Positions 48,155 to 57,858 of a stretch of 64,000 nucleotides of DNA are shown here, in pieces. How positions within the stretch are numbered: position 1 is the first letter of the stretch; the number at the start of each line of letters is the position of its first letter. This stretch comes from an uncultured delta proteobacterium. GTDB lineage: Bacteria > Myxococcota > Myxococcia > Myxococcales > Anaeromyxobacteraceae. The stretch spans positions 118,203 through 182,202 of the forward strand of contig CAWHDZ010000008.1 of assembly GCA_963828255.1 (NCBI GenBank), written 5' to 3'. A program made the position numbers and the translations under genes. The notes under the pieces are model-generated. The model saw nothing but the letters and a program-made list of their open reading frames with translations. It did no database searches and was not told where the DNA came from.

Positions 48155-49012
48155 ATGGCCCGTGTTACGCCCCCCATGACCATTTCTGGTATCGAGGCCC
48201 TGCTCAGGCGCGCGAGGTTCTTCACCTCCGTCGAGCCCGGCTACATGGAAGACGCGACCAGTGAAGGGGTGTTCACGGCGTTCTTGGGGCCTGAACTGGA
48301 ACAAGAGTTCCTGGCCGACGTCCGGACCTTCCTTGGCGGCCGAGAACGCGACCTGGAGGACACCGAAGTCGAGAAGGTCATGACGGACCTTCTTCTCCGG
48401 CGTCTTCGTGTTGATGGGGAGATTACCGTCGAGTGCGGGCCCGGGTACTACTACGACCGCGACGAGCCCTCGATGCCCGACTACGTCGTTCTTACCGTTC
48501 GTCTTAAGTGGCCCAAGACGTCGGGGAAGAAGCGGAAGAAGAGCGCGAAGACGAAGTCGGCCGTCGAGAAGAACTCCAGGAGCTCCAAGAAGGCCCAGGC
48601 CCGGACTCCTTCCGGCTCGTCCGAAGAGGAGCGCAGGATTGTTCTCCAGCGCGGCGCGGAACGTGAGCGCTCTAGACGACGGCGAGCAGGAGCAAGAACG
48701 GCCAAGCTCCTAGCCGGCGATGAGGTTCGCGTCGGGAGAGTCGGCTACACGCGCAAGGTGTGGGACAGCGCCTTGCAGCAGAAGGTCTGGGCGCCTACAC
48801 CGGGGGCCGAAAAGGTGATGCGCGAGGTCGACCGGGTTTGGGGAAAGTCCATCCACACCGGGGCTGACCTTGCGGCGCACCTCGACTCCCGGGGGATGAA
48901 GTCTCTCAACGGGAAGCGATTCACGAGAAACATGATGACCGCGTTACTTCGACACCTGGCGCGCCTTCGTCGGAGCGGAGCCTTTGCCCGTCACGATGAA
49001 CCGACCAGGTGA
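48155..49012 (+). CDS. Hypothetical protein with C-terminal recombinase-type DNA-binding motif
   Basis: LAAHLDSRGMKSLNGKRFTRNMMTALL resembles the serine-recombinase DNA-binding (Recombinase) motif; no catalytic domain seen. Confidence 0.6.
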   Translation: MARVTPPMTISGIEALLRRARFFTSVEPGYMEDATSEGVFTAFLGPELEQEFLADVRTFLGGRERDLEDTEVEKVMTDLLLRRLRVDGEITVECGPGYYYDRDEPSMPDYVVLTVRLKWPKTSGKKRKKSAKTKSAVEKNSRSSKKAQARTPSGSSEEERRIVLQRGAERERSRRRRAGARTAKLLAGDEVRVGRVGYTRKVWDSALQQKVWAPTPGAEKVMREVDRVWGKSIHTGADLAAHLDSRGMKSLNGKRFTRNMMTALLRHLARLRRSGAFARHDEPTR

Positions 49013-49374
49013 TGTGGGACCATCTGGCGCGTGACCAAGCAATCAGCGCCGACCACGAAAACCGACGGGCGATCTCGGCATCAGGATAGAGGCGCCTTCC
49101 TCTGCGCGTCGGGCACGCTCCTCCCCGTGCACGCCCAAGTCGTCCCGATGCCTTGGATGACGACGAGGTATCCGTCCCCCCAGGCCGGTGACGAGCGGCA
49201 ACTGCGACGTCATGTAGGCCGAACAACAGTTCATCGTGATCGCGGGGGCGGGCATCGCCGCCCCGCCCGTACCCGGCGGTCTCGGTCAACAAGTCGGTGC
49301 CGATCCGACGATGACGATGGCCCAGCGGAGCCCGAGTCCCCGGACACAACTCGGGAGTTGGGCTGGGGGCGGCC

Positions 49375-49794
49375 ATGAAGCCGCTCCTCACCGTTACCGA
49401 GGTTGCCGCGGCCCTCGGCGTCCACAAGTCGGTCGCCTTTCGCGAGGTTCACGCCCACATGGTCCACGTCATCGTGGGCATCAATTCCATTCGGGTTCCG
49501 CAGGCATCTCTCGACGCCTATCTTATGAGAAGGACGAAGGAGCCAACATGGCCAAGCGCTGCGGGGATCGGATCTACCAAAAGAGGAAGGGCGCCACCTG
49601 GTACGGCTGGTACTACACCCCCGACACCGGCGACCGCGTCGTCGTCTGCACCCACACACGAGACCGGCACGCCGCCAAGCTCCTCCTTGCAAAGACAGAG
49701 CGAGACGCATTCGAGGCCTACGCTACGGGCCGTCCAGCCGCGAACCGCGCCGCGGGCAGCCACACCGTCGCCGAGGCCCTCACGCAGTTCGTGA
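49375..49794 (+). CDS. Putative excisionase (HTH_17)
   Basis: LLTVTEVAAALGVHKSVAFR...IRVPQASLDAYL; overlaps the integrase. Confidence 0.75.
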   Translation: MKPLLTVTEVAAALGVHKSVAFREVHAHMVHVIVGINSIRVPQASLDAYLMRRTKEPTWPSAAGIGSTKRGRAPPGTAGTTPPTPATASSSAPTHETGTPPSSSLQRQSETHSRPTLRAVQPRTAPRAATPSPRPSRSS

Positions 49795-50810
49795 CGCTCG
49801 GGGGCTCCGATTTCCGGGCAGGCACCTGGCACATGGTCGGCGTGAAGGCCGGTCATCTCCTCAGGCTTCTCGGCGCGAAGCAAGTAGGGGCACTCGTCGT
49901 CGATGACATCCAGACCTACATCGAGGCCAGACTGGGCGAGGGCGCGGCTCGGGAAACTTGCCGAAAGGAATTATCGGTGCTCCGGCAGGTCCTGAAGCTC
50001 GCCCAGGACCGAGGGCGGCTTCGCCAAGACCCGAGGTTCCTCTTTCCCCGCTTCCGGGTCCGCTACACTCCGAAGGAGCGATACCTCACCAAGGCCGAGG
50101 CCCAGGGGCTCTTCCAGAAGCTTCCGCAGAAACGTCGGCTCTGGGTTCTGCTGGCCGTCACCTTCGGGGCTCGGCTCTCCGAGGTGGAGTCGGCACGGTG
50201 GGAGGACATCGATCTCGACGGCTGCTGGGTGCGGCTGCGCGGGACAAAGACGTTCGGGTCCGACCGGCACATCTCCATCCCCGCCTCTGTCGTGCCGATC
50301 CTGGAGGCCTTCGAGGGCAAGAGCGGTCCCGTGGTGGAGCGCTGGCTCAACGTCCGTCGCGATCTCGCCGACGCCTGCCGCCGGGCCGGGATCCCCACGG
50401 TCACGCCGAACGACCTTCGTAGGACATTCGCCTCGTGGATGAAGCAGCAGGGCGAGGACTCGGCCGTGGTGGCCAAGCTCATGGGCCACTCCTCCACGCG
50501 GATGGTGGATCTCGTCTACGGAAAGCTGAACGAGGAGAACTACCGGACGGCCGCCCGGCGGCTGCCGAGCCTGGATCTCCCGGAGCCGGGTAGCAAATGG
50601 GTAGCAAAACCGGCGCGAACTGGGAGAACCGGGAGAGCCAGGAGAAGGTCGGCGGCGACCATCACCTCAGGCACTCCGGGAGCAGAAAACATTGAGACCC
50701 AGGGGACTTTGCAGTCCACTGGGCCTCTGATGTTCGATCAAGAAGAAGTGCCTGGACCCGGAATCGAACCAGGGACACGGGGATTTTCAGTCCCCTGCTC
50801 TACCAGCTGA
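49548..50810 (+). CDS. Tyrosine integrase B (reads through att into the antisense of tRNA-Phe)
   Basis: AAGGAG RBS; GARLSE, RGTKT, TPNDLRRTFASW, LMGHSS..MV..VY. Confidence 0.94.
   Translation: MAKRCGDRIYQKRKGATWYGWYYTPDTGDRVVVCTHTRDRHAAKLLLAKTERDAFEAYATGRPAANRAAGSHTVAEALTQFVTLGGSDFRAGTWHMVGVKAGHLLRLLGAKQVGALVVDDIQTYIEARLGEGAARETCRKELSVLRQVLKLAQDRGRLRQDPRFLFPRFRVRYTPKERYLTKAEAQGLFQKLPQKRRLWVLLAVTFGARLSEVESARWEDIDLDGCWVRLRGTKTFGSDRHISIPASVVPILEAFEGKSGPVVERWLNVRRDLADACRRAGIPTVTPNDLRRTFASWMKQQGEDSAVVAKLMGHSSTRMVDLVYGKLNEENYRTAARRLPSLDLPEPGSKWVAKPARTGRTGRARRRSAATITSGTPGAENIETQGTLQSTGPLMFDQEEVPGPGIEPGTRGFSVPCSTS
50695..50728 (-). terminator. Island-B-supplied hairpin downstream of tRNA-Phe
   Basis: Minus strand GAGGCCCAGTGGACT-GCAA-AGTCCCCTGGGTCTC followed by AATGTTTT. 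Confidence 0.6.
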
Positions 50811-50821
50811 GCTATCCAGGC
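50749..50821 (-). tRNA. tRNA-Phe (GAA)
   Basis: GCCTGGATAGCTCAGCTGGTAGAGCAGGGGACTGAAAATCCCCGTGTCCCTGGTTCGATTCCGGGTCCAGGCA folds as a cloverleaf; CCA not encoded. Confidence 0.97.
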
Positions 50822-50911
50822 GTGCAGCGCGGTCACCCTGTCGGGTCACCGAGGGGGGCTGTTTTACGATCGCTCCAGGGGTTTCGCAAGCCCGGAGCGC
50901 CCGGGCCCCGA

Positions 50912-51745
50912 TCACGCCCAGGTGGCCCGGTGGTCCTTCGCGAAGCGGGAGAAGGAGATCGGCGGGCGCCCCAGCACCTTCTGCACGTCGTCGGTCCGCG
51001 CCTCCGCCCAACCGGCGCGCACGCCAGCGTACAGCATCGAGAGCAGCTCGACGTAGCTCTCGGTGAGGTGCCCCTTCACCGCGGCGCGGAACTGCTCGTC
51101 GGTGACCGGCAGGTAGCCGACCTTCCGCCCCAGTTCCTTTCCCAGGATCTCGACCACCTCGGCGCGGGAGAGCAGGTCGGGGCCGGTGAGGGTGTAGGTC
51201 TTTCCGTCGTGCCCCGGCATCGTGAGCACCTCGGCCGCCACCGCCGCGATGTCGCGCGTGTCGATGAAGGCGGTCTTCCGGTCGGCGGCCGGCTCGGCCA
51301 GCGTCCCAGCCTTGATCGCGCCGGCGTGCGAGGTGGTGAAGTTCTGCATGAACCAGGTCGGGTGCAGGAAGGTGAAGGCCAGCCTGGAGGCCCGGATGTG
51401 CTCCTCCACCTGCCGCATGGGGTTGTCGCTCCCCTCGATGCCCATGGCGGCGAGCTTCACCACCTTCTTCACGCCGGCCTCCTTCGCCGCGTCCACGAGG
51501 GCCTTCTCCGGCGCCGACGGGAAGTCGCCGGGCGCCGCCAGGTACACGGCGTCCACGCCCTTCACGGCGGCCTCGAGGGTGGCCGGCGTTCCGTAGTCGA
51601 GGGGGACCACCTCCAGCCCGGGGAACGCCCGGCGGGTCTTCTCCACCGCGTGCGCACCGAGCCGCACCGCTACGCCGCGCTCCTTCAGGACCTTCACGAG
51701 CTCCTGCCCGACCTTTCCACTTGGGGTTGTGATGAGGATCTTCAT
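50912..51745 (-). CDS. NmrA-like / atypical SDR oxidoreductase
   Basis: ILITTPSGKVG, GVDAVYL, PTWFMQN, FIDTRDIA, YTLTGP. Confidence 0.9.
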   Translation of the reverse strand: MKILITTPSGKVGQELVKVLKERGVAVRLGAHAVEKTRRAFPGLEVVPLDYGTPATLEAAVKGVDAVYLAAPGDFPSAPEKALVDAAKEAGVKKVVKLAAMGIEGSDNPMRQVEEHIRASRLAFTFLHPTWFMQNFTTSHAGAIKAGTLAEPAADRKTAFIDTRDIAAVAAEVLTMPGHDGKTYTLTGPDLLSRAEVVEILGKELGRKVGYLPVTDEQFRAAVKGHLTESYVELLSMLYAGVRAGWAEARTDDVQKVLGRPPISFSRFAKDHRATWA

Positions 51746-51852
51746 TTCGGCCTCTCCTTCCTGGCTGGGGTTGGGTGGCAAGCCCTTCTTATCCCTCTCT
51801 CATCTTCGGGGCGCCGGGAAGCGTTCCGGCAGGTCGTGGGTTAATTCCAGCC

Positions 51853-52263
51853 ATGCGGAAGATCCTTCTCGTCCCCCTCCTCGCCCTCGTGGCCTGTGAC
51901 CGCTCCACCCCGGCCACACCGCCCCCCGAGGCCGTGCAGCTTCGCGCCCTCGGGAGCGCCGTCGCTCGGACCGTCGAGACCTACGGCGCCCGCTCCTCCT
52001 CGATGCCCGACGCCGCCTCCTGCAGGGCCCTCCGCGACGAGCACGAGAGGCAGGTCCGCCCCGCCCTCAGGGAGATTGCCGCTCTCGCTCCCCGCCTGGG
52101 TCCCTGGCTCCGCACCCGTGGCCCGACCGAGCACGCCGACACCGAGTGCCTGGCCGGCGCCATGCTCGCCGAGATCGAGCGCCACACGGACATCGGCTGC
52201 ACCTCGCTCGACCTGGCCGTGAACCGGGCCGAGGCCGCCCGTTACGCCGCCGCCATGGATTGA
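51853..52263 (+). CDS. Hypothetical lipoprotein
   Basis: MRKILLVPLLALVAC lipobox. Confidence 0.65.
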   Translation: MRKILLVPLLALVACDRSTPATPPPEAVQLRALGSAVARTVETYGARSSSMPDAASCRALRDEHERQVRPALREIAALAPRLGPWLRTRGPTEHADTECLAGAMLAEIERHTDIGCTSLDLAVNRAEAARYAAAMD

Positions 52264-52380
52264 TGGGCCGATCTCGCCGTCGCCCGCGGCGACCCGACCG
52301 GCGAGCTCCGCGAGGGAACCGGACCGCGCTGCGTCCGCTTCTCCGACGGCGAGCGGATGTACCAGCCCTGAGCCGCGGCC

Positions 52381-53166
52381 CTAGATCTTGGGCACCGCGG
52401 TGAGCACGGCCCGGCCGTCCCGAACGGCCACCTTGAACTCGACCCGCTTGGCCTTGAACTTCGCGGCGATCTCGGGGGCCTGCTTGTTCACCGTCCGCGT
52501 GATCGACTCGAGCGTGACCTTCGACACGTCCTCGTTGCAGCTCCGCTTGGCCGCCACGAACGACTCGAAGAGCGAGCGCAGGTCGGCGTCGCTCATGGCC
52601 GGCGCGGCGCCCTTCTGTGCGGGCAGCGGCGGGGGCCGGACCCGGGGGGCGACCGGCGCGGATGCCGTCACGGGCGCTGGCGTCGGCGCCGGTGTCGGTG
52701 TGGGCGTCGTCACGGGAGGCTGGACCAGCTCCGGCGCGGCCGCCACGGGGCCCGGCGCTCCCGTCCTCTCGGCAGCTTTGCGCCGTGCCTTCAGCACGTC
52801 GCGCCGGTAGGTGCCCGATTCCTTCTCGCGCGTCGAGCGCAGCCAGAGCCGCTCGTAGGACAGGTACCGCGCGTGGAGGGCCTGGATGCGGAAGCGGATC
52901 CCGGCGTTGCGGGTGAAGGCGTTCTTGAGCCGGGCGATGTTGCGCTTCAGGTCGTCGCGCCGCCGGGACGGCTCCATGCGCTCGGCCCCGATGAAGTACA
53001 TCTCGTACTTCACCTTCACCTCCTCGAGCTCCTCCTCGAGGGCCCCGGCCAGGTCGGAGAGCTGGTCGTTGGCGAGCCGCTCCTTGCCGGTCTCCCACTC
53101 GGGCGGGACCGTCGCCGCGGCGCCGCCGACGCGAGGACCACCGGGCTTCTTGGGGGGCAGCGCCAC
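52381..53166 (-). CDS. MXAN_5187 C-terminal-domain-like protein
   Basis: KYEMYFIGAERMEP; Pro-rich linker; LFESFVAAKRSCNE...VEFKVAVRDGRAVL. Confidence 0.75.
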   Translation of the reverse strand: MALPPKKPGGPRVGGAAATVPPEWETGKERLANDQLSDLAGALEEELEEVKVKYEMYFIGAERMEPSRRRDDLKRNIARLKNAFTRNAGIRFRIQALHARYLSYERLWLRSTREKESGTYRRDVLKARRKAAERTGAPGPVAAAPELVQPPVTTPTPTPAPTPAPVTASAPVAPRVRPPPLPAQKGAAPAMSDADLRSLFESFVAAKRSCNEDVSKVTLESITRTVNKQAPEIAAKFKAKRVEFKVAVRDGRAVLTAVPKI

Positions 53167-53215
53167 CCGGGGAGTCTACCCCCTGGGGCGCATCGCACAA
53201 CTCCCGGGCCAGGCG

Positions 53216-54295
53216 CTACCCGGGCAGGGCGGCCACGGCCCTCCGGGTGGCCCGGCTCCCCACCACCCAGATGGCGAGGCCGGTGGCGAAGATGACGATG
53301 GACGTCCACTGGCCCGTTCCGAGCCCGAGGGCCATGCCGCGCTCGACGTCGCCGCGGAAGGTCTCGGTGACGGTGCGCAGCACGGCGTAGAGCATGAGCC
53401 AGGCCGCCATCACCTGCCCGTTGAACCGCTTGCGGGGGCGCAGCCAGAGGGCCAGGAAGGCGAAGAGCAGCAGCTCGCCCAGCGCCTCGTAGAGCTGCAC
53501 CGGGTGGATGGGGATGGTGTGCAGGTGGTCGGGGTCGATGAAGCGCGACGCGTTGGCCCGCGCGGCCATCGACTGGAAGGCCAGCGACTCCGGCGGGAAC
53601 CGGGCCGCCCAGGGCAGCGCCGGATCGCAGCTCCGGCCCCAGCAGCAGCCGGCCGAGAAGCACCCGATGCGCCCCATGAACTGGCCGAAGGCCACCGATG
53701 GGATGAGCGTGTCGGCCCAGGGCAGGAAGGTCATCTTCTTCACGCGCAGGTACACGGCCGCGGCCAGCGCCGCCGCGATGAACCCGCCGTAGAAGACCAT
53801 CCCGCCCTCCCAGAGCGCGAAGAAGCGCGGGATGCGGCCGAAGCGGGTGGTCACGAAGGCGTTGGCCCCGAAGTAGTCGCCCAGGTTCACGAGGATGAAC
53901 ATCACCCGCGCTCCCACGAGCGAGGAGACCAGGATCCAGAAGGAGAGGTCGCCCACCAGCACCGGATCCTGCCCCTGCCGCTCCGCCTCCTTCTGGGCCA
54001 GCCAGATGGATGCCACGAAGGCCAGCGCCAGCATGACGCCGTAGGTGTGGAGCGGGAGCCGGATGGTCTCGTCGAGGACGCCGGAGCGCCAGGCCGCCAG
54101 GAACGCCACGAGGATCGCGCCCACCACGGCCTTGTCGGACCAGATGGCCTCGCCCCAGGAGGGCTTCTTGCCGTCCTTCGCGGCGCCTTTCCGGAAGGAG
54201 ACGGCCCGGCCCGCGACGACGGCGAGCGCCACGCCCACGGCGAGCACCCAGGCCCAGGCCGGCTCGAGAACGATGCGGAGGAGGACGGGGAGCAT
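53216..54295 (-). CDS. lgt: Prolipoprotein diacylglyceryl transferase
   Basis: TYGVMLA, GAR, GGMVFYGG, GRIGCF, HPVQLYE, ETFRGD. Confidence 0.95.
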   Translation of the reverse strand: MLPVLLRIVLEPAWAWVLAVGVALAVVAGRAVSFRKGAAKDGKKPSWGEAIWSDKAVVGAILVAFLAAWRSGVLDETIRLPLHTYGVMLALAFVASIWLAQKEAERQGQDPVLVGDLSFWILVSSLVGARVMFILVNLGDYFGANAFVTTRFGRIPRFFALWEGGMVFYGGFIAAALAAAVYLRVKKMTFLPWADTLIPSVAFGQFMGRIGCFSAGCCWGRSCDPALPWAARFPPESLAFQSMAARANASRFIDPDHLHTIPIHPVQLYEALGELLLFAFLALWLRPRKRFNGQVMAAWLMLYAVLRTVTETFRGDVERGMALGLGTGQWTSIVIFATGLAIWVVGSRATRRAVAALPG

Positions 54296-54892
54296 CTACG
54301 GGTGAACCCCCTTGGCTTCGCCCTTCTTCCCTGCGGGGTGGAGCAGGATCATGGCGACCCCGACCACGATGAGCGAGTCGGCCAGGTTGAAGATGGGCCA
54401 GTAGAGCTGGGGGTTGCGCCACCAGTGCCACTGCACGAAGTCGATGACGTAGCCGCGCGCCAGGCGGTCGAGGAGGTTCCCCACCGCGCCGGAGAAGACG
54501 AAGGAGAGCGCCACCTGCATGAAGCGCTCGTCGCGTCCGAGCTTGCGGTAGTACCAGAGGATGAAGCCGAGCGCCCCGAGCGTCATGACCACGAAGAAGC
54601 CGTGGCGGAAACCGGCGGGGAGGTCGCGCAGCATGCCCCAGGCCGCGCCGGGATTCTCGGCGTAGGTCATCCGCCACATGGGATCCCAGACCACATGGGG
54701 CGGGCGGGCCAGCGACTCGAGGTGCTTCACCGAGAGGAAGGCCTCCACCTTGGCGGCGGCTCCGACGGCCCCGGCCCGCTGGAAGGCCCAGGTGAGCCGG
54801 TCCACCGCCAGGAACTTGGACCACTGGTCGGAGACCACCATCACCGCGACGATGGCGGCGAGCAGGGTCCACTTGGAGATCCCGCCCTTCAT
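54296..54892 (-). CDS. lspA: Lipoprotein signal peptidase II
   Basis: [34 protein letters not shown]. Confidence 0.95.
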   Translation of the reverse strand: MKGGISKWTLLAAIVAVMVVSDQWSKFLAVDRLTWAFQRAGAVGAAAKVEAFLSVKHLESLARPPHVVWDPMWRMTYAENPGAAWGMLRDLPAGFRHGFFVVMTLGALGFILWYYRKLGRDERFMQVALSFVFSGAVGNLLDRLARGYVIDFVQWHWWRNPQLYWPIFNLADSLIVVGVAMILLHPAGKKGEAKGVHP

Positions 54893-57729
54893 GCCAGCGC
54901 CGCCGCGCACTTCCCGCACAGCGTGGGGTGGGCCGGGACGACCCCCCGGTCCTCGGCGAAGACCCAGCAGCGGTCGCACTTCTCGCCGGGGGCCCGCTCC
55001 ACCTTCACGGAGAGCGAACCGGGGGCGAGGAGCACCTTGGAGACGATGAGGAGGGTGGGCAGCTCGGCGGCCGCCTCGCGCAGGAGCGAAAGCGTGTCGC
55101 CCTCGGCCGCGATGGTGACCTGCGCCTCCAGGCCGGAGCCGATGAGCTTGTCCCTGCGGGCCAGCTCGAGCGCCTTCATGGCCTCGGCCCGGACCGTGAG
55201 CAGCTTCGCGTAGCGCTCGGTGAGCGCGGCGCCATCGGCCGGGGGCGGGCGGGCAGGCAGGCCGGCCTCGAACACCGACCCGGGCGGGCGGCCCGGAAGG
55301 AACTTCCAGGCCTCGTGGGCCGTGAAGGAGAGCACCGGGGCCAGCATGCGGAGCAGGTCCTGCGCGACCATGTGGAGCAGCGTCTGGGCGCTGCGGCGCG
55401 GCTTGCCGCCGGCGCGCGACGTGTAGAGCCGGTCCTTCACCACGTCGAAGTAGACCGAGGAGAGGGTCACCGAGACGAACTCCATGGTGGCGTGGTAGGC
55501 CACGTGGAACTCGTAGTCGGCGTAGGCTTTCGCCACCGTGTCCTGCCACTCGACCATCCGGGCGTAGGCCCAGCGGTCGAAGGGCTCCATCTCGGCCACC
55601 GGGACCGCGTCCCGCTCCGGGTCGAAGCCGGCCAGGTTCCCGAGCGCCCAGCGCACGGTGTTGCGGATCTTACGGTAGCCCTCGGCCAGGCCGTCGAGGA
55701 TCTGGCCGGAGACCCGCACGTCGTCGCGGTAGTCGGAGGCGGCCACCCAGAGGCGCAGGACGTCGGCGCCGTACTTCTTGATGATCTCCTCGGGCGCCAC
55801 CACGTTGCCCACGCTCTTCGACATGGCCCGCCCCTGGCCGTCGAGGACGAAGCCGTGGGTGAGCACCGCCCTGTAGGGGGCGATGCCGCGGATGGCCATG
55901 GAGGTGAGGAGCGAGGAGTGGAACCAGCCGCGGTGCTGGTCGGAGCCTTCCAGGTAGAGGCTCACGGGGAACTCACTGTTCCGCCCGTGCTCGGCCACCG
56001 CCGCCCAGGAGACGCCCGAGTCCCACCAGACGTCGAGGATGTCCTGCTCGCGCCGGAAGTCGGCGCCGCCGCAGGAACCGCACTTCTCACCCTGCGTGAA
56101 GTAGGCGGGCTCGTGCCGGTACCAGGCCTCGACGCCCTCCTTCTCGAACTCGTCGGCCACGCGCCGCATGAGCGCCGGGGAGACCAGCGGCTCGTTGCAC
56201 CCCTCGCAGTAGAAGACCGTGATGGGCACACCCCAGGTGCGCTGGCGCGAGAGGCACCAGTCGGGCCGGTGCTCGATCATGTTGTAGATGCGGTCCCGGC
56301 CCCAGCGCGGGATCCACTGGACCCGGTCGATCTCGGCCAGCGTCCGGCCGCGCAGGCCGTCGTGCCCCAGCGAGAGGAACCACTGATCGGTGGCCCGGAA
56401 GACCACCGGCCGGTGGCAGCGCCAGCAGTGCGGATAGCTGTGGCGCAGCGAGGCCTTGGGGTCGGAGAGCAGGTGGCCGGAGGCGTGCAGGTCGGCCACG
56501 ATCTCGGCGTTGGCGGCGAAGATCTCCTTGCCGGCGTACTTTCCCGCCGCCTCGGTGAAGCGCCCGGCCCCGTCCACCGGGTTCAGGATCTCGAGCCCGT
56601 ACTTCACGCCGGTCTCGTAGTCCTCCTGGCCGTGGCCGGGAGCGGTGTGCACGAGCCCGGTGCCGGCCTCGAGCGTGACGTGCTCGCCGAGCACCACCGG
56701 GGACTCGCGCCCCATGAACGGGTGTCGGTACCTCACCCCCTCGAGCTGCTTGCCCTCCAGGTGGGCGAGGATGCGGGTGGGGTCCCGCAGCGCCAGTCCC
56801 GGGACGCCGGCGCCGCCGGTGGCCGCCTCATGGGCCTGCGGCGAGTGGGCGGGCGGGGCGGCCCCGTCCACGAGCTCGTCGGGCGCCACCGCGGCCAGGA
56901 AGCTGGCCAGCAGGTCCTTGGCGACCACGACCACCTTCCCGCGGAGGTCGTAGGCGACGTAGACGAAGTCGGGGTGGGCGGCCACCGCCAGGTTGGCGGG
57001 CAGCGTCCAGGGGGTGGTCGTCCAGATGACCAGGCTCGCCGCGCGCCCCGCCGGCACCGGCGCGGGCAGGTCGCCCACCACCTCGAAGGCCACGTGGATG
57101 GACGGCGAGGTGTGCTCCTCGTACTCGACCTCGGCCTCGGCGAGCGCCGTCCGGTCGGTGGTGCACCAGTAGACCGGCTTCTTGCCGCGGGAGAGGTACC
57201 CCTTCTCGGCGACCAGGGCCAGCGCACGGACCGTGTCGGCCTCGTAGCGGCGGTCCATCGTGGCGTAGGGCTCCTCCCAGCGGCCGAAGATGCCGAGCCG
57301 CTTGAACTCCTCGCGCTGCCTGTCGATCCACTTCCCGGCGTAGGCGCGAGCCGCCGCGATCACCGCCGGCCGGTCCATCTCGCGCTTCTTCGAGCCGAGT
57401 TCCTCGTCCACCTTCCGCTCGATAGGCAGGCCGTGGCAGTCCCACCCCGGCCGGTAGTCGGCCACCTCGCCGGCCATGTTCCGGTACTTGACGATGACGT
57501 CCTTCAGGATCTTGTTGAGGGCGTGGCCGATGTGGATGTGGCCGTTGGCGTAGGGCGGCCCGTCGTGGAGGACGAAGAGCTTGCCGCCCCTGGCCACGTT
57601 CCCCGCCACCAGGCTCTCGAAGGTCCTGGCGGCCTCCCACTCCTTCAGGATCTCGGGCTCCCGCTGGGGCAGGTTGGCCTTCATCGGGAAGTCGGTCTTC
57701 GGGAGGTTGACGGTGTCCTTGTATTCCAC
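54889..57729 (-). CDS. ileS: Isoleucyl-tRNA synthetase
   Basis: [41 protein letters not shown]-terminal Zn finger. Confidence 0.98.
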   Translation of the reverse strand: MEYKDTVNLPKTDFPMKANLPQREPEILKEWEAARTFESLVAGNVARGGKLFVLHDGPPYANGHIHIGHALNKILKDVIVKYRNMAGEVADYRPGWDCHGLPIERKVDEELGSKKREMDRPAVIAAARAYAGKWIDRQREEFKRLGIFGRWEEPYATMDRRYEADTVRALALVAEKGYLSRGKKPVYWCTTDRTALAEAEVEYEEHTSPSIHVAFEVVGDLPAPVPAGRAASLVIWTTTPWTLPANLAVAAHPDFVYVAYDLRGKVVVVAKDLLASFLAAVAPDELVDGAAPPAHSPQAHEAATGGAGVPGLALRDPTRILAHLEGKQLEGVRYRHPFMGRESPVVLGEHVTLEAGTGLVHTAPGHGQEDYETGVKYGLEILNPVDGAGRFTEAAGKYAGKEIFAANAEIVADLHASGHLLSDPKASLRHSYPHCWRCHRPVVFRATDQWFLSLGHDGLRGRTLAEIDRVQWIPRWGRDRIYNMIEHRPDWCLSRQRTWGVPITVFYCEGCNEPLVSPALMRRVADEFEKEGVEAWYRHEPAYFTQGEKCGSCGGADFRREQDILDVWWDSGVSWAAVAEHGRNSEFPVSLYLEGSDQHRGWFHSSLLTSMAIRGIAPYRAVLTHGFVLDGQGRAMSKSVGNVVAPEEIIKKYGADVLRLWVAASDYRDDVRVSGQILDGLAEGYRKIRNTVRWALGNLAGFDPERDAVPVAEMEPFDRWAYARMVEWQDTVAKAYADYEFHVAYHATMEFVSVTLSSVYFDVVKDRLYTSRAGGKPRRSAQTLLHMVAQDLLRMLAPVLSFTAHEAWKFLPGRPPGSVFEAGLPARPPPADGAALTERYAKLLTVRAEAMKALELARRDKLIGSGLEAQVTIAAEGDTLSLLREAAAELPTLLIVSKVLLAPGSLSVKVERAPGEKCDRCWVFAEDRGVVPAHPTLCGKCAAALA

Positions 57730-57858
57730 GTCCGCTCTCTTCTCTCTTCGCCTGTCGGGGGGGATCGAGGGTTCTACCAGCGCGGCCAGCCCCGATCAAC
57801 GAACCGATCCGCGCCGGCTTGCGACCCCTCGGGATCGCGTCGTAGGCTCGGCGCGACC

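Larger units (their letters stand above)
28051..50796. mobile_element. Genomic island B (about 22.7 kb) at tRNA-Phe
   Basis: Bounded by att copy 2 and the intact tRNA; xis-int next to the tRNA; arm repeat GGGTAGCAAATGGGTAGCAA near both ends; lower GC than the flanks. Confidence 0.92.

Noticed and set aside
28051..50796. Island B as a prophage or complete ICE
   Set aside because: No recognisable structural, terminase, lysis, relaxase or T4SS genes
54928..57858. 1306-aa ORF as a giant RimK fusion
   Set aside because: The upstream part is the antisense shadow of ileS; RimK begins at 57859
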